A DNA stretch of 64,000 bases, taken from IMG/VR virus record IMGVR_UViG_3300033182_000980, positions 248,001 to 312,000 of that record. One strand, given 5' to 3'. Shown here piece after piece: positions 17,288 through 26,814 of the stretch. How positions within the stretch are numbered: position 1 is the first letter of the stretch; each line of letters starts with the position of its first letter. Position numbers and translations under genes: made by a program. The notes under the pieces are model-generated. The model was not told the DNA's origin, did no database searches, and saw nothing but the letters and a program-made list of their open reading frames with translations.

Positions 17288-20020
17288 ATGTTTGCCGATA
17301 TGCTTGAGACATTAAGACGACCCGATATAAAGCCCAAGCTGTGGATGAAAGATTGCGAGCTGATCTTGGGTACGAAAGAAAACCTAGATCAGTGCATTGA
17401 TGAGTGTATCAACAGCGTTGCGTATGGGATTGACCTTGAGACAACAGGTCTTGATAATCGTGTGTTCAATGGACGCACACGAGATACGATTGTAGGGGTC
17501 TGCTTGTCAGCCCATAAGGATAAGGGGTACTACTTCCCTGTCGGTCATCAAGAGGGTGTAGAACATAACATCCCTTGGAGGTTGATGTATCCAGCTCTTG
17601 AGCGTCTGTTTGATCTCTCTGTGAAAGCAGAGCCTGTCTTTCACAACGCCGCTTTCGACCAAGAGTTCTTGGAGTTCAACGAGTACAAGTCGGGTCTTGG
17701 TGAGGAGCGTTGGGATTCGTTCAAGTGGCATGACACCTATATCATCCAGTATCTCTTGAACCCTCGTGAAAAGGGAGGTCGAGGACTCAAGCATTTAACG
17801 AATGTTCACCTTGAGCGTGAGATGATTGAGCTGTCTGATCTCATGCCCGATGCCCCCGACAAAAACTACTCTAAGCTCGATGTGAGCTGGGAGCCTTGTG
17901 TTTGGTATGCCGCTAGTGATGCGATGTGTACGCTTGGTCTTTGGGAAATCCTTTATAAGAAGTACACCGAGGCTAAAGAGCATACGCTCTCTATGTATGT
18001 GTTAGAGCGTATGTGTCTGCTCTCAACCCGATGGATGCACAGAAATCGTGTCTACATTGATCGGGACACAGCGTTAAAGTACAGCCAGCAAGGTCAGAAG
18101 TTATGGTTTGACTCTCTGATTGATGTCTATGACGGAGCAAAAGAAATCTTAGGTCGAGACATTACCCCTAACTATGTTCGAGTCCTTAAAGGCGAGTTGA
18201 AGGGCGAGAACAAGTTTAACCACATGGAAGTGGAGGGGATGAGCTATAAGACTCGTGTAGACGAAGCTCGTAAGGAAGCGACTCGTTTATATCCCGATGA
18301 AAAGGGAGTAGTCACTAAGGCTGTGAAGATCATCGGTAAGAGTGCAGGTACAGAGGAGATTGAGTTTCCTTTGACCTATGACATCTTATCCCCTCAAAAG
18401 CTCGGCTTGTTGTTTAGAGAGTTGAGTGTACCAGGTCTTAAGGCGAGTGAAAAGTCGGGGCAAGTCGTAACCTCTAAAGACATTCTTGAAGAGGTCATTG
18501 AGAAGGCATCTGATGACTTTCCATTCATGGCTAAGGTTAAGACCTTTCGTGAGCTTGGAAAGGCTATGGGTCAATACCTCATTCCCTTTGTAGAGGATGT
18601 CGGACAAGACGGTACTCTCAAGCCCAAGTTTGATCAGTTTGCCGCTGACACAGGACGCTTTTCATGTAAGACAAACAGCAAGCCTTGGAAGGTCAAAGAC
18701 GGTGGGTGTCGTGTACCATTTCAAGGTATACCAGCTACCTACGATCCGACTAAGCCCGAAGCTGTGGCTAAGATGCGTTCTTGCGTGGCAGTGCGTGATG
18801 ATGATTGGTGGTTAGCGGCCATTGACTATGCAGGTGTAGAGCTTCGGTTAGTCACAAACTTGAGTCTTGAGCCTAAGTGGATTAAGGCTTTCTTTGAGTG
18901 TTCCGAGTGTGGCACATCTTACCCACAAGAAATCCAAGAGGATGGGTTCGCCAAAGCACCTCCGTCTAACTGTACGAACTGTGGCTCTGATAAGATTGGC
19001 GACTTGCACACGATTACAGCGGTGGCGTTTTATGGTGAGAGTGCTAAGAAGCGTGATGATTGGAAGGCGTTGAGAGGTAATGGTAAGGGTTGCAACTTTG
19101 CTCTGTCTTACGGTGGTACAGGTAAGGCTGTTCAGCGTACCATTGGTTGTTCAGCCGAAGAAGCAGAGGAGAAGTTCAAGAAGTTCACCTCGACTTATAG
19201 TGAGCTGACGAAGTGGTGGTCTAAGCAACACAACTTTGGTCGTAAACATGGTTATGTCAAGACAGGTATGGGTCGTGTTCAGCCATTGCCCGACATCAAC
19301 TCTGATGATTTTAGGTTCAAATCCAAAGATGAGCGTAAGGCTGTTAATGGGCCAGTACAGGGTACGAGTGCAGATGTAACCAAGTTGGCGATGAGCTTCA
19401 TCTACCAAGAGACTAAGAAGCGTGGGTGGCAAGACAAGCTGATGATGATCTTGACCGTCCATGACGAAATCGTCTTTGAGATCCATAAGTCGATCTTGAA
19501 AGAGGCGATTGATATGATCTCCGAGATGATGACTCGCAACAAGGTGATTAAGCGTCTAGGTTGGCGTGTGCCTTTGCTTGTAGATGTTGAGCTTGGTAAG
19601 GATTGGACTGTTCCTTTTGATGTGAAAGATGTAATCGCAGGAGAAGCTGGCGACAAGATCATCAATGCCAAGTACAAGTGCAAGGATTGTGAGGAAAAGA
19701 CACCTCGTGATCCTAAGCCTACGGTTTGTATGCACTGTGGCTCTAGCAACATTAAGTGTGATTACACAGATGAGTTTATTGCCAAGATCAAGAAGCAGAC
19801 CGAACAGCTTTATGCAGACTATGGGGTGAATCCCGATGAGATTGTTAAAGAGGAAGAGGTACCCAATAAGGTTGAGGAAGCTCCCCCAAGCAAGCCTACT
19901 TTCATGCTAGAGTCTTTGACCGAAGATACTGCTAAAGAGCTTGCTGATTGGATTAAAAATCAAGATGGTGAGTATGATGTAGTATATCAAGGTCGTAGTA
20001 TAAATGCTTTACTAGATTGA
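17288..20020 (+). CDS. polA: Family A DNA polymerase with 3'-5' exonuclease domain
   Basis: Exo motifs IDLETTG, FHNAAFD, YAASDA; polymerase motifs AIDYAGVELR (A), RGNGKGCNFALSYGG (B), VHDEI (C); AGGAGGT RBS. Confidence 0.95.
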   Translation: MFADMLETLRRPDIKPKLWMKDCELILGTKENLDQCIDECINSVAYGIDLETTGLDNRVFNGRTRDTIVGVCLSAHKDKGYYFPVGHQEGVEHNIPWRLMYPALERLFDLSVKAEPVFHNAAFDQEFLEFNEYKSGLGEERWDSFKWHDTYIIQYLLNPREKGGRGLKHLTNVHLEREMIELSDLMPDAPDKNYSKLDVSWEPCVWYAASDAMCTLGLWEILYKKYTEAKEHTLSMYVLERMCLLSTRWMHRNRVYIDRDTALKYSQQGQKLWFDSLIDVYDGAKEILGRDITPNYVRVLKGELKGENKFNHMEVEGMSYKTRVDEARKEATRLYPDEKGVVTKAVKIIGKSAGTEEIEFPLTYDILSPQKLGLLFRELSVPGLKASEKSGQVVTSKDILEEVIEKASDDFPFMAKVKTFRELGKAMGQYLIPFVEDVGQDGTLKPKFDQFAADTGRFSCKTNSKPWKVKDGGCRVPFQGIPATYDPTKPEAVAKMRSCVAVRDDDWWLAAIDYAGVELRLVTNLSLEPKWIKAFFECSECGTSYPQEIQEDGFAKAPPSNCTNCGSDKIGDLHTITAVAFYGESAKKRDDWKALRGNGKGCNFALSYGGTGKAVQRTIGCSAEEAEEKFKKFTSTYSELTKWWSKQHNFGRKHGYVKTGMGRVQPLPDINSDDFRFKSKDERKAVNGPVQGTSADVTKLAMSFIYQETKKRGWQDKLMMILTVHDEIVFEIHKSILKEAIDMISEMMTRNKVIKRLGWRVPLLVDVELGKDWTVPFDVKDVIAGEAGDKIINAKYKCKDCEEKTPRDPKPTVCMHCGSSNIKCDYTDEFIAKIKKQTEQLYADYGVNPDEIVKEEEVPNKVEEAPPSKPTFMLESLTEDTAKELADWIKNQDGEYDVVYQGRSINALLD

Positions 20021-20028
20021 GGTTAAAT

Positions 20029-21255
20029 ATGTTTTTTGAGTATGAAAAAAAGAAGTACAACGGAATAGACGATTACACTTGGGTGAGTGGAGGTAAATTA
20101 TTCACACCTGCCCATGAGCTGTCCGAGATCAAATCAAAGTTTACAAGATATGAGATCATACTCAAAATCTGTCAGGTGATATATGACCACCAAATACCAT
20201 TCCCCTATAAAGAGCACAGCGTATCTAAAGCTAAAGGTGAGTTATCTAAGCTCTTTAATACACATTTCCCTGCTGATGAAAGAGAATGGTATTCAGACTT
20301 ATGCGAAGGCATCAAGTGCTTTAAATATAGGGGGGGCTATCTGCGGATAAAGACCAACCACACAGGCACTTATGTCTCTGACCTATTTTGTCATCGTACT
20401 CGATTAAAGGCACAAAAGAAAAGGTACGCTGATGATCGTCTAGGAATGGTAGGTCTTTGGGAGTATCTTTTATCTTACAGGTGCGAGGAGGAGTCTGATA
20501 TAAATACGGTCATGTATATGTTTATCAATGGTATCTTTCACTTTAGCGATAAGATTGACCATACAGCGGTTTACACTTCGGGGAGATTATCTATTGGTAC
20601 TGTAAGTCAATTTAAACCCGCTAGTGCTAAGGCTCTGTACGATTTATTTGGAGCTAAGAATGTACTCGACTTTTGTGCTGGATGGGGGGATAGGCTAGTA
20701 GGATTTCATGCATCCAATGCCGAAACATATATCGGAATTGACCCTAACTCTGATTTGCACCCTCAATATGAAAAGATACATGAGTTTTGTGGCACTGGAA
20801 AAGAAGCAAAGTTCATCTGTTTGCCCGCAGAAGATGTAGATTATTCAGAACTCCGATATGACTTTGTTTTCACATCTCCACCATACTTTGATCTGGAAAT
20901 ATACAATGGAGAAGAGACTCAATCCGTGAAAAGATACCCTAAGATCGACCATTGGTTAAAGGGGTTCTTGTTCAAATCTTTGAGTAAGATTTATGAGTAT
21001 CTAGAAGATGGTGGTAGAATAGCGGTCAATATATCAGACAGTCCAGCAGTGAACATTTTTGTTTGTGAGTCTATGCTAGAGCACATGGAGTCGATAGGTG
21101 CTACTTATGAGGGTACTATAGGTTATGGCCTTGCTCGTAGACCTACCGAGAGTGGGCATAATTATTTAAAAGAAAAGTCTGAGCCTATTTTTATTTGGTC
21201 TAAGGGTGTTGCTCCCGATCCAAATCGACAAACAGATAATTTTTTTGGAGTCTAG
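20029..21255 (+). CDS. DNA amino-methyltransferase (N4-C/N6-A type), paralogue 1
   Basis: LDFCAGWGDR (motif I), YIGIDPN, FTSPPYF (motif IV); start at MFFEYE. Confidence 0.85.
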   Translation: MFFEYEKKKYNGIDDYTWVSGGKLFTPAHELSEIKSKFTRYEIILKICQVIYDHQIPFPYKEHSVSKAKGELSKLFNTHFPADEREWYSDLCEGIKCFKYRGGYLRIKTNHTGTYVSDLFCHRTRLKAQKKRYADDRLGMVGLWEYLLSYRCEEESDINTVMYMFINGIFHFSDKIDHTAVYTSGRLSIGTVSQFKPASAKALYDLFGAKNVLDFCAGWGDRLVGFHASNAETYIGIDPNSDLHPQYEKIHEFCGTGKEAKFICLPAEDVDYSELRYDFVFTSPPYFDLEIYNGEETQSVKRYPKIDHWLKGFLFKSLSKIYEYLEDGGRIAVNISDSPAVNIFVCESMLEHMESIGATYEGTIGYGLARRPTESGHNYLKEKSEPIFIWSKGVAPDPNRQTDNFFGV

Positions 21256-21256
21256 T

Positions 21257-21856
21257 ATGAAGCCCAATAAAGATTTCTTTATCGAGTGCAATGAAGGTGG
21301 GATGATGAGTCCACCAGAGTTTGAACGCACTTTTTGTAATCAATGTAAGAACCGACAATGTGTTCGAGCTAACTGGGCTTTTAGTGCTTGGGATAAGCGA
21401 ATCCTTACCCAAGTGGACCGCTTATTAACAAACCCTAACATTGTGCTTCAATCAGAGGCGAGTCGGTGGGAAGGGGTGTCCGACTTTGAGGGCTTTCAAG
21501 AGCCACAGGTGATCGAGGTTTGGGGTGTACCAGAGGAGCAACCACAAGCTCCTCTGATTATAGGTGATGAGAGGGAAGAAGCAGACACAGTACCAGCACC
21601 TCCTGTCGATCCTCCAGAGATTGAAGAAGAAGATGCTGTGATGACTTCTGCCCCTAAGATTGAGTTAGAACCTCAACCGATACCTCAACCCCAACAGGTG
21701 TATCAGAATCCTTTGAACACACCCCCACAAGAAATCACGATAGGTGAAGCTCCTAAGCCTGCTCAACCACAGTCTCGCCCTAAGAGGTTTCAAGCAGACC
21801 CTTGGGCTGTGTCCGAAACGCTACCTGTAGGTGGCAAGTTTAAGATGGGGAAATAA
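21257..21856 (+). CDS. Hypothetical protein with Cys cluster and Pro/Glu-rich tail
   Basis: C-x14-CNQC-x4-C pattern; ATG 1 nt after the MTase stop. Confidence 0.6.
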   Translation: MKPNKDFFIECNEGGMMSPPEFERTFCNQCKNRQCVRANWAFSAWDKRILTQVDRLLTNPNIVLQSEASRWEGVSDFEGFQEPQVIEVWGVPEEQPQAPLIIGDEREEADTVPAPPVDPPEIEEEDAVMTSAPKIELEPQPIPQPQQVYQNPLNTPPQEITIGEAPKPAQPQSRPKRFQADPWAVSETLPVGGKFKMGK

Positions 21857-21858
21857 GA

Positions 21859-22062
21859 ATGATTGAACTTGTAATCTGTAATCACATCAATAATGGTTAT
21901 AAGGTTGTGTTGCCTAAGAACATGAGTGTAAAGGTCTTACCTAAGTACAACAAGGGGATCGTATCTAGCCCCTCCGATTTGAAGCCTAATGACAAGATTA
22001 AGTTTGTCGGGTGGGTGACAGCTTCAAATGATGATCGCTCATTATGGCGAGATTATCTTTGA
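21859..22062 (+). CDS. Hypothetical protein
   Basis: Tightly packed co-oriented ORF. Confidence 0.45.
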   Translation: MIELVICNHINNGYKVVLPKNMSVKVLPKYNKGIVSSPSDLKPNDKIKFVGWVTASNDDRSLWRDYL

Positions 22063-22412
22063 AATATGAGCGTCTTGTTAAGCCCTCTAAGGTACTCCCT
22101 CCCGACCTTATAAGAGGCTATTATGAACAAGACCCTAAAACCCTTAAAGAGATAGAGGCTTGGCTTTCTAAGAATGGGCTGACCATATTATTTACGCTTG
22201 GAGAAGCCTATGGTAATGAGAGGGTTTATCTAGGCAAAGATAATCGTGTCTATATAGGTACTGAAAAGATCCCTCGCATAAGCTGGCTTAAGAAACAGCT
22301 CTTGAGAGTAAGTACAGAGCTTTTACAGCGAGCGATTAGGGAGGGCTGGACTCGCAAAAAAATGTTTGAGGCACTTAAAAAAAAGTCTGAAGAAGAGCTT
22401 GGAATAGTATAA
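22044..22412 (+). CDS. Hypothetical protein
   Basis: Co-oriented ORF, 122 aa. Confidence 0.5.
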   Translation: MARLSLKYERLVKPSKVLPPDLIRGYYEQDPKTLKEIEAWLSKNGLTILFTLGEAYGNERVYLGKDNRVYIGTEKIPRISWLKKQLLRVSTELLQRAIREGWTRKKMFEALKKKSEEELGIV

Positions 22413-22473
22413 TAAGCGTGTTGGGTGGGCGTTCTACCCATAAACTCAAACCATACACTACAGGAGAATCACT

Positions 22474-22662
22474 ATGAGTGGTATCGCTGATCGTATTGCA
22501 AATCTCAAACAACTCCTCACCGACCTTGAGTCTGACGCAACTAAGACTGACAGTGGCAACAAGGCCGCAGGCACTCGTGTTCGCAAGACTCTTCAAGAGG
22601 TTGTCAACGAGTCTAAAGAGATTCGCAAGGCAGTCATCGAGGCTCGTAATAGCGACAGCTAA
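22474..22662 (+). CDS. Histone H1-like Hc1 family small DNA-binding protein
   Basis: DATKTDSGNKAAGTRVRKTLQE, the GNKAAGTRxRK signature; AGGAG RBS. Confidence 0.8.
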   Translation: MSGIADRIANLKQLLTDLESDATKTDSGNKAAGTRVRKTLQEVVNESKEIRKAVIEARNSDS

Positions 22663-22728
22663 TCGACCCTCTCGGTCTAACTAGACCAAACACACACACA
22701 CATCACACACACAGAAAGGGCATGACCC

Positions 22729-23043
22729 ATGTCTAAGTTAAAAGGCGACCTCGCCCCCAAACCCACCAAGACACCTTATGAAGTTCGTCTTGAGATTTTA
22801 CATCTCGCTCAACACATCGTTGAGGATAAAGCCGAAAAGACAATGCACTATTTACAAACTCAAAGCGACATTGCTCATAACTTCCTCCACAGGGATTATG
22901 AAGAAGAAGCTACGAGTGAAGAAGCAGACGCTCTGGTTCGATCAGCTAAGGCGAACATCAATCAGATGCCTATGCCACAGATGGGTATTGATGAGGTTTT
23001 GAACATTGCTAAGAAGTTGAACGATTTTGTCTCCAATGGGTGA
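22729..23043 (+). CDS. Phage hypothetical protein
   Basis: TPYEVRLEILHLAQ...EVLNIAKKLNDFVS resembles small phage proteins. Confidence 0.6.
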   Translation: MSKLKGDLAPKPTKTPYEVRLEILHLAQHIVEDKAEKTMHYLQTQSDIAHNFLHRDYEEEATSEEADALVRSAKANINQMPMPQMGIDEVLNIAKKLNDFVSNG

Positions 23044-23081
23044 CAGATCATATAACTAAAGCATATTCATTTGTGTCGGAG

Positions 23082-23122
23082 AAACCCTCGATTGCCCTAG
23101 TGGTAGTCGGGGGTTTTTCTTT
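23082..23122 (+). terminator. Rho-independent terminator
   Basis: AAACCCTCGATTGCC-loop-GGTAGTCGGGGGTTT stem (with G-U pairs) followed by a T-tract, between convergent genes. Confidence 0.75.
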
Positions 23123-24366
23123 TAGTGGGCCAGAGACATATATCGGGAAGCAACCCTTGAAGCGGCTCGTGCCATTTGTAGGTTATCTACGAGATCGGGA
23201 TTTCTTTTAATGTCTTTCATTTTAAGGAAATCACCTTGCATAGTCTTTACGAACATATCCTTTTCCGAGGTGAGGTTATTAACTTCTTTAACGACATGGT
23301 TTTCAACTTTCTTTCCTCCAAACCATGACTTCCAGACCTTACCAAACTTCTTTGCCATTTTCTTAGCGAGAACTGATTTGAGTACGCCTGCTAAAGCACC
23401 TTTTGTGAGTAAGGTATAGATAATGCCACCACCAAGAACAGCAGAGACTACTTTTGTTCCTAATAAAGTCGCTAGGATAATTTTGAACCCTGCGTAGGCG
23501 GCCCCAACAAGCAAAGCACCTGTACCAGCGGCAAACGCTTTCATTGTGCCACCTTCACCGTCACCCATTACTTGCTTCCAAGTGTCTTTCATAGCTGGTA
23601 TCAAAGATAGTGGGTTCAAGAGGGCGTTAAGCTCTTTGAGGATTGCTCCGACAACTTTCACACCCATCTCTTTCTGGACGATTTCTTGAGCAGACTGCTT
23701 GATGCTTTTCATGGCTGAATCTGGCATCTTCATTCTTCTAGGGTCTGCCTTTTTCCCACGCTGTTCTTCTAATGACTTTTGTACTCTTGGGTCTGGATTT
23801 TTGATTAACTCGTCATAGTACATCCAGCCCTCTAAATAAGAGTCAAAGTGGAACGCAAATACCTCATTGGTGAATGGGCTACTAAAGTCTTGAGTGTTCC
23901 GATCTTCATCTGTTTGAAACCATCCACTTATAAGCTCACCTGTGTTATAATCCTTATCTTGATCGGTGTCCCACTTAAACTTTCTTTCAACACACCCTTG
24001 CCACCAAGACCAGTAGTTGCCTTCAGCGACTTTACCTATGATGGATTTTTGCAGACCTTCGGTCATCAGATCTACAAAGGGAGTGTCTACAATAAACTTT
24101 TGTAGGAGTTCATAGAAGGTCTTTACAAACTTCTCTTTCAACCCTTTGACCCACGCAAGACCCGTATTGATTGTGTTTGAAATCCAGTTCTTGATCTTAC
24201 CAAAGAAGCCTGTTTTTTGGTACTCAAGCTGTGCGACTCTAAGCTGTAAGAGTGCAATCTTGACCATTTGAGGTTCATCCACCATAGGTAAGCGACTTGC
24301 TCTTTTAGTCCTGTAGTGAGCTTGGAAAACATCTGGGTCTGCGAGTAGATCAAAAGCGTATTTCAT
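23122..24366 (-). CDS. Probable virion-packaged protein with long hydrophobic Gly/Ala segment and C-terminal RVASRY tag
   Basis: Ends ARAASRVASRYMSLAH; hydrophobic AFAAGTGALLVGAAYAG...VLGGGIIYTLL; late motif TAGACTATTTAT at 24406-24417. Confidence 0.55.
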   Translation of the reverse strand: MKYAFDLLADPDVFQAHYRTKRASRLPMVDEPQMVKIALLQLRVAQLEYQKTGFFGKIKNWISNTINTGLAWVKGLKEKFVKTFYELLQKFIVDTPFVDLMTEGLQKSIIGKVAEGNYWSWWQGCVERKFKWDTDQDKDYNTGELISGWFQTDEDRNTQDFSSPFTNEVFAFHFDSYLEGWMYYDELIKNPDPRVQKSLEEQRGKKADPRRMKMPDSAMKSIKQSAQEIVQKEMGVKVVGAILKELNALLNPLSLIPAMKDTWKQVMGDGEGGTMKAFAAGTGALLVGAAYAGFKIILATLLGTKVVSAVLGGGIIYTLLTKGALAGVLKSVLAKKMAKKFGKVWKSWFGGKKVENHVVKEVNNLTSEKDMFVKTMQGDFLKMKDIKRNPDLVDNLQMARAASRVASRYMSLAH

Positions 24367-24403
24367 TGTTCCATTCCTTTACAAATTATTTAGTAAAGAC
24401 AAC

Positions 24404-24763
24404 CTATAAATAGTCTACAAACTCTCCTTCCCAATCAGTATATGTGACTTTGACCACACCAGATTTGTGTATGTGCCTTCGGCAATACTTACAAGGTCGA
24501 GCCATTGTCATCGTACCGTCTTTGAGAAATCTAACGACCTCAAGGCGATCTCCTTCTTGGGTGTGTCTAAGAGCGTCCATCTCTGCGTGTAGGCAAGACA
24601 CAAGTGTTCCGTCTTTGACCCTCCGAGCAAACCTTAAGTCTTGTTTGCTTGAGTTGACTCCAATGTAGACGGGTTTCTTTTTTCGGTAGACTATGCAAGC
24701 GACATGGTACTTTTCACCATTAGACAATGCCATTCTCATAGCTTGTTTATAAATGCGTTTCAT
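24404..24763 (-). CDS. Zn-dependent cytidine/deoxycytidylate deaminase-fold protein
   Basis: HAEMDAL...PCKYC zinc motif. Confidence 0.85.
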   Translation of the reverse strand: MKRIYKQAMRMALSNGEKYHVACIVYRKKKPVYIGVNSSKQDLRFARRVKDGTLVSCLHAEMDALRHTQEGDRLEVVRFLKDGTMTMARPCKYCRRHIHKSGVVKVTYTDWEGEFVDYL

Positions 24764-24835
24764 TATAGGAGGTGCATTATGTGTTATTATGATCCGGTGC
24801 TTCTGATGTGTATCTGTGAGATACTAGAGGAGCTT

Positions 24836-25261
24836 TTAATAGTTTGATTTATCTAGGGCGTTCTCTAACGCCTTGGTGTTGAATCCATAGTCTTGGTACT
24901 TCTTGTGTACTCGCATGAGGTATTCCTCATCGGGTGCTACAAGATTTTTGTTCTCTGTGTAATAGACATGAGCTGTTACATATTCTCCATTATCACACAT
25001 GACATCCATGATTGAACAAGAGCACCCTTCAAACGGTTCGGGTAGCTCCCAATGATCGACCGTATAGAGGACACCCTCTAAGTAGTCGTCCATCTTTCCA
25101 GCTACCATAGAGCAGAATCCGATTTCTCCCTCGCTTTTGTTCGAGAAGATCAGCTTGAACCCTTTGATGAGGGCAAACTTATAAAATCGTGCAGAGGGGT
25201 AGTTATCTACCATGCTGTGTTCTTCAAGGCTCAAGCCATAAGCGAAATAAAGTGCTTTCAT
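24836..25261 (-). CDS. Gamma-glutamyl cyclotransferase (AIG2/GGCT)-like protein
   Basis: LYFAYGLSL start motif, EGVLY, AHVYY, PDEEYL; start at MKALYF with AAGGA RBS. Confidence 0.7.
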   Translation of the reverse strand: MKALYFAYGLSLEEHSMVDNYPSARFYKFALIKGFKLIFSNKSEGEIGFCSMVAGKMDDYLEGVLYTVDHWELPEPFEGCSCSIMDVMCDNGEYVTAHVYYTENKNLVAPDEEYLMRVHKKYQDYGFNTKALENALDKSNY

Positions 25262-25272
25262 CGCATATCCTT

Positions 25273-25593
25273 TTAGTTGTGTACGATAAGGGCAGCCGCC
25301 CCACAGAGACAAAGTGCTAGAACACCTTTCCAGTTGAAACCGAAAAAGTAGCAGTTAAGGATAAGGTCTATTGTTAAGCTACACAAGCCCCAAGTGACCC
25401 CTGCCTTCCACACATCGCCCATCTCAATCAGTTTCCACCAAGCGTACAGGGTCATATAGTTGGTGAAAAGGCTCGTGTAGAGCCACCATTTAAAAGGCGA
25501 CCACTCGAAGCCATAGATGACTTTGGCATTGCCTTTAAACCAGAATACTACATTGGCGAGGCACAACAGGCTCACAGGGATCACATAGTTCAT
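25273..25593 (-). CDS. Small membrane protein with about four TM segments
   Basis: Four hydrophobic segments in 106 aa. Confidence 0.6.
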   Translation of the reverse strand: MNYVIPVSLLCLANVVFWFKGNAKVIYGFEWSPFKWWLYTSLFTNYMTLYAWWKLIEMGDVWKAGVTWGLCSLTIDLILNCYFFGFNWKGVLALCLCGAAALIVHN

Positions 25594-26049
25594 TTAATGC
25601 ACCACATATTCTTCTTCAAAGTCATACCCCAAGAATGAGGGTACGATCTCATGTGGGTCATTCAAAACCGAGGGTTCTGATTGGAACTCGATGTCGGATA
25701 GAAATCCTTTGAACCCTTGCTCTTTAAAATAAGACAGGCCAAAGACGGACTGTCCCCCACTTTTACTATCTTCAATCAAGCACCAAAAAACGAACCCGAT
25801 ACTGTTCTCCACCTCGTGCATCTTTTGGTGTGCGATAAAAGACCAGAAATCTGGACTCACATCTTGTAAGATTTCGGGCAACGAGAAACCGAGCAAGACT
25901 TTATTTTCGTCATGTAAATCTTCGCTTGTCATTACCGAGAGGTGAGGGGGTAAAGTAGATACATCAAGACCGTATTCTCTAGCACCCGATACTGTTGTGC
26001 TTATCATGTTGTAGGCTTCGTTGTGGAAGTCAAAAGGGGAAATGTTCAT
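25594..26049 (-). CDS. Hypothetical protein
   Basis: Start at MNISPFD with GGAG RBS. Confidence 0.55.
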   Translation of the reverse strand: MNISPFDFHNEAYNMISTTVSGAREYGLDVSTLPPHLSVMTSEDLHDENKVLLGFSLPEILQDVSPDFWSFIAHQKMHEVENSIGFVFWCLIEDSKSGGQSVFGLSYFKEQGFKGFLSDIEFQSEPSVLNDPHEIVPSFLGYDFEEEYVVH

Positions 26050-26301
26050 GTCAACTCCATTAAGATCTGCTAGGTCTATCCAGCAAAAAGTCCTCACAAG
26101 CAAGGAGGCTATCAGATCGGTTATTTCTTATTGTACTTATAGGAAAGACGATAGGGTATGCTCCGACAAAGATTTGGCGAAAAAACTCAAGCAAGTAGAC
26201 AGAGAGCTTGGTAGATTACTAGAGTATGTTCAATCGTTAGAGAGTCAAACTCGAAGAGAACAACGAGAAGAGCGTCTCAAGCAAGAAAGTGAGAAAAGAT
26301 A

Positions 26302-26484
26302 ATGCCTACCTATAACTACAGATGTAAAAATGAAGAGTGCAAGCATGAGTTCCAAGCAATGCACAAGATGAGTGAGCCAGCACCACCTTGTCCCGAATGT
26401 AAGACCGAAGAGCCTCAAAAACTTATAAGTAAGAGTAGCTTCGTACTTAAAGGACCAGGTTGGTTTAACTCAGGTGGATATTGA
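26302..26484 (+). CDS. FmdB-family zinc-ribbon protein
   Basis: MPTYNYRC...C.HEF...CPEC...KLIS...FVLKGPGW signature. Confidence 0.85.
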   Translation: MPTYNYRCKNEECKHEFQAMHKMSEPAPPCPECKTEEPQKLISKSSFVLKGPGWFNSGGY

Positions 26485-26764
26485 CTTACTAAAAGAACTC
26501 GTAGACCACCCCAAGTGGAAATGGGAGACTGGATTACTCTGTTTCCCCTATTTCAAACCCACACAAAGGGTACGCATACTTGGGACAGACAAAGACTCTT
26601 GGCTACCTGCTTTAGATGACCCTATTACCCTCGCTTACTTACACCACCTATATGCGATCAATAATGGGTCTGTAAGGCGAGAGAAGAAGATATGGGTAAG
26701 CTCACATGGGGTTGAGGGAAAAGACTTAGCACAGGTGCTTGTAGAGTCTTTCCTTAATCTTTGA
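26474..26764 (+). CDS. Hypothetical protein
   Basis: ORF overlapping the FmdB gene end; WLPALDDPITL motif. Confidence 0.5.
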   Translation: MDIDLLKELVDHPKWKWETGLLCFPYFKPTQRVRILGTDKDSWLPALDDPITLAYLHHLYAINNGSVRREKKIWVSSHGVEGKDLAQVLVESFLNL

Positions 26765-26776
26765 TAGTTTCTTTAT
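26765..26776 (+). promoter_or_regulatory. Putative late promoter (TAGTTTCTTTAT)
   Basis: Identical to the 9889-9900 motif. Confidence 0.65.
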
Positions 26777-26814
26777 GACTCACTTTATTCAACCATTTGA
26801 AAGTTGGAGTCATT

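Noticed and set aside
22690-22713. CACACACACACA-T-CACACACACA microsatellite upstream of 22729
   Set aside because: Short, single occurrence in an A/C-rich leader; no evidence of function.
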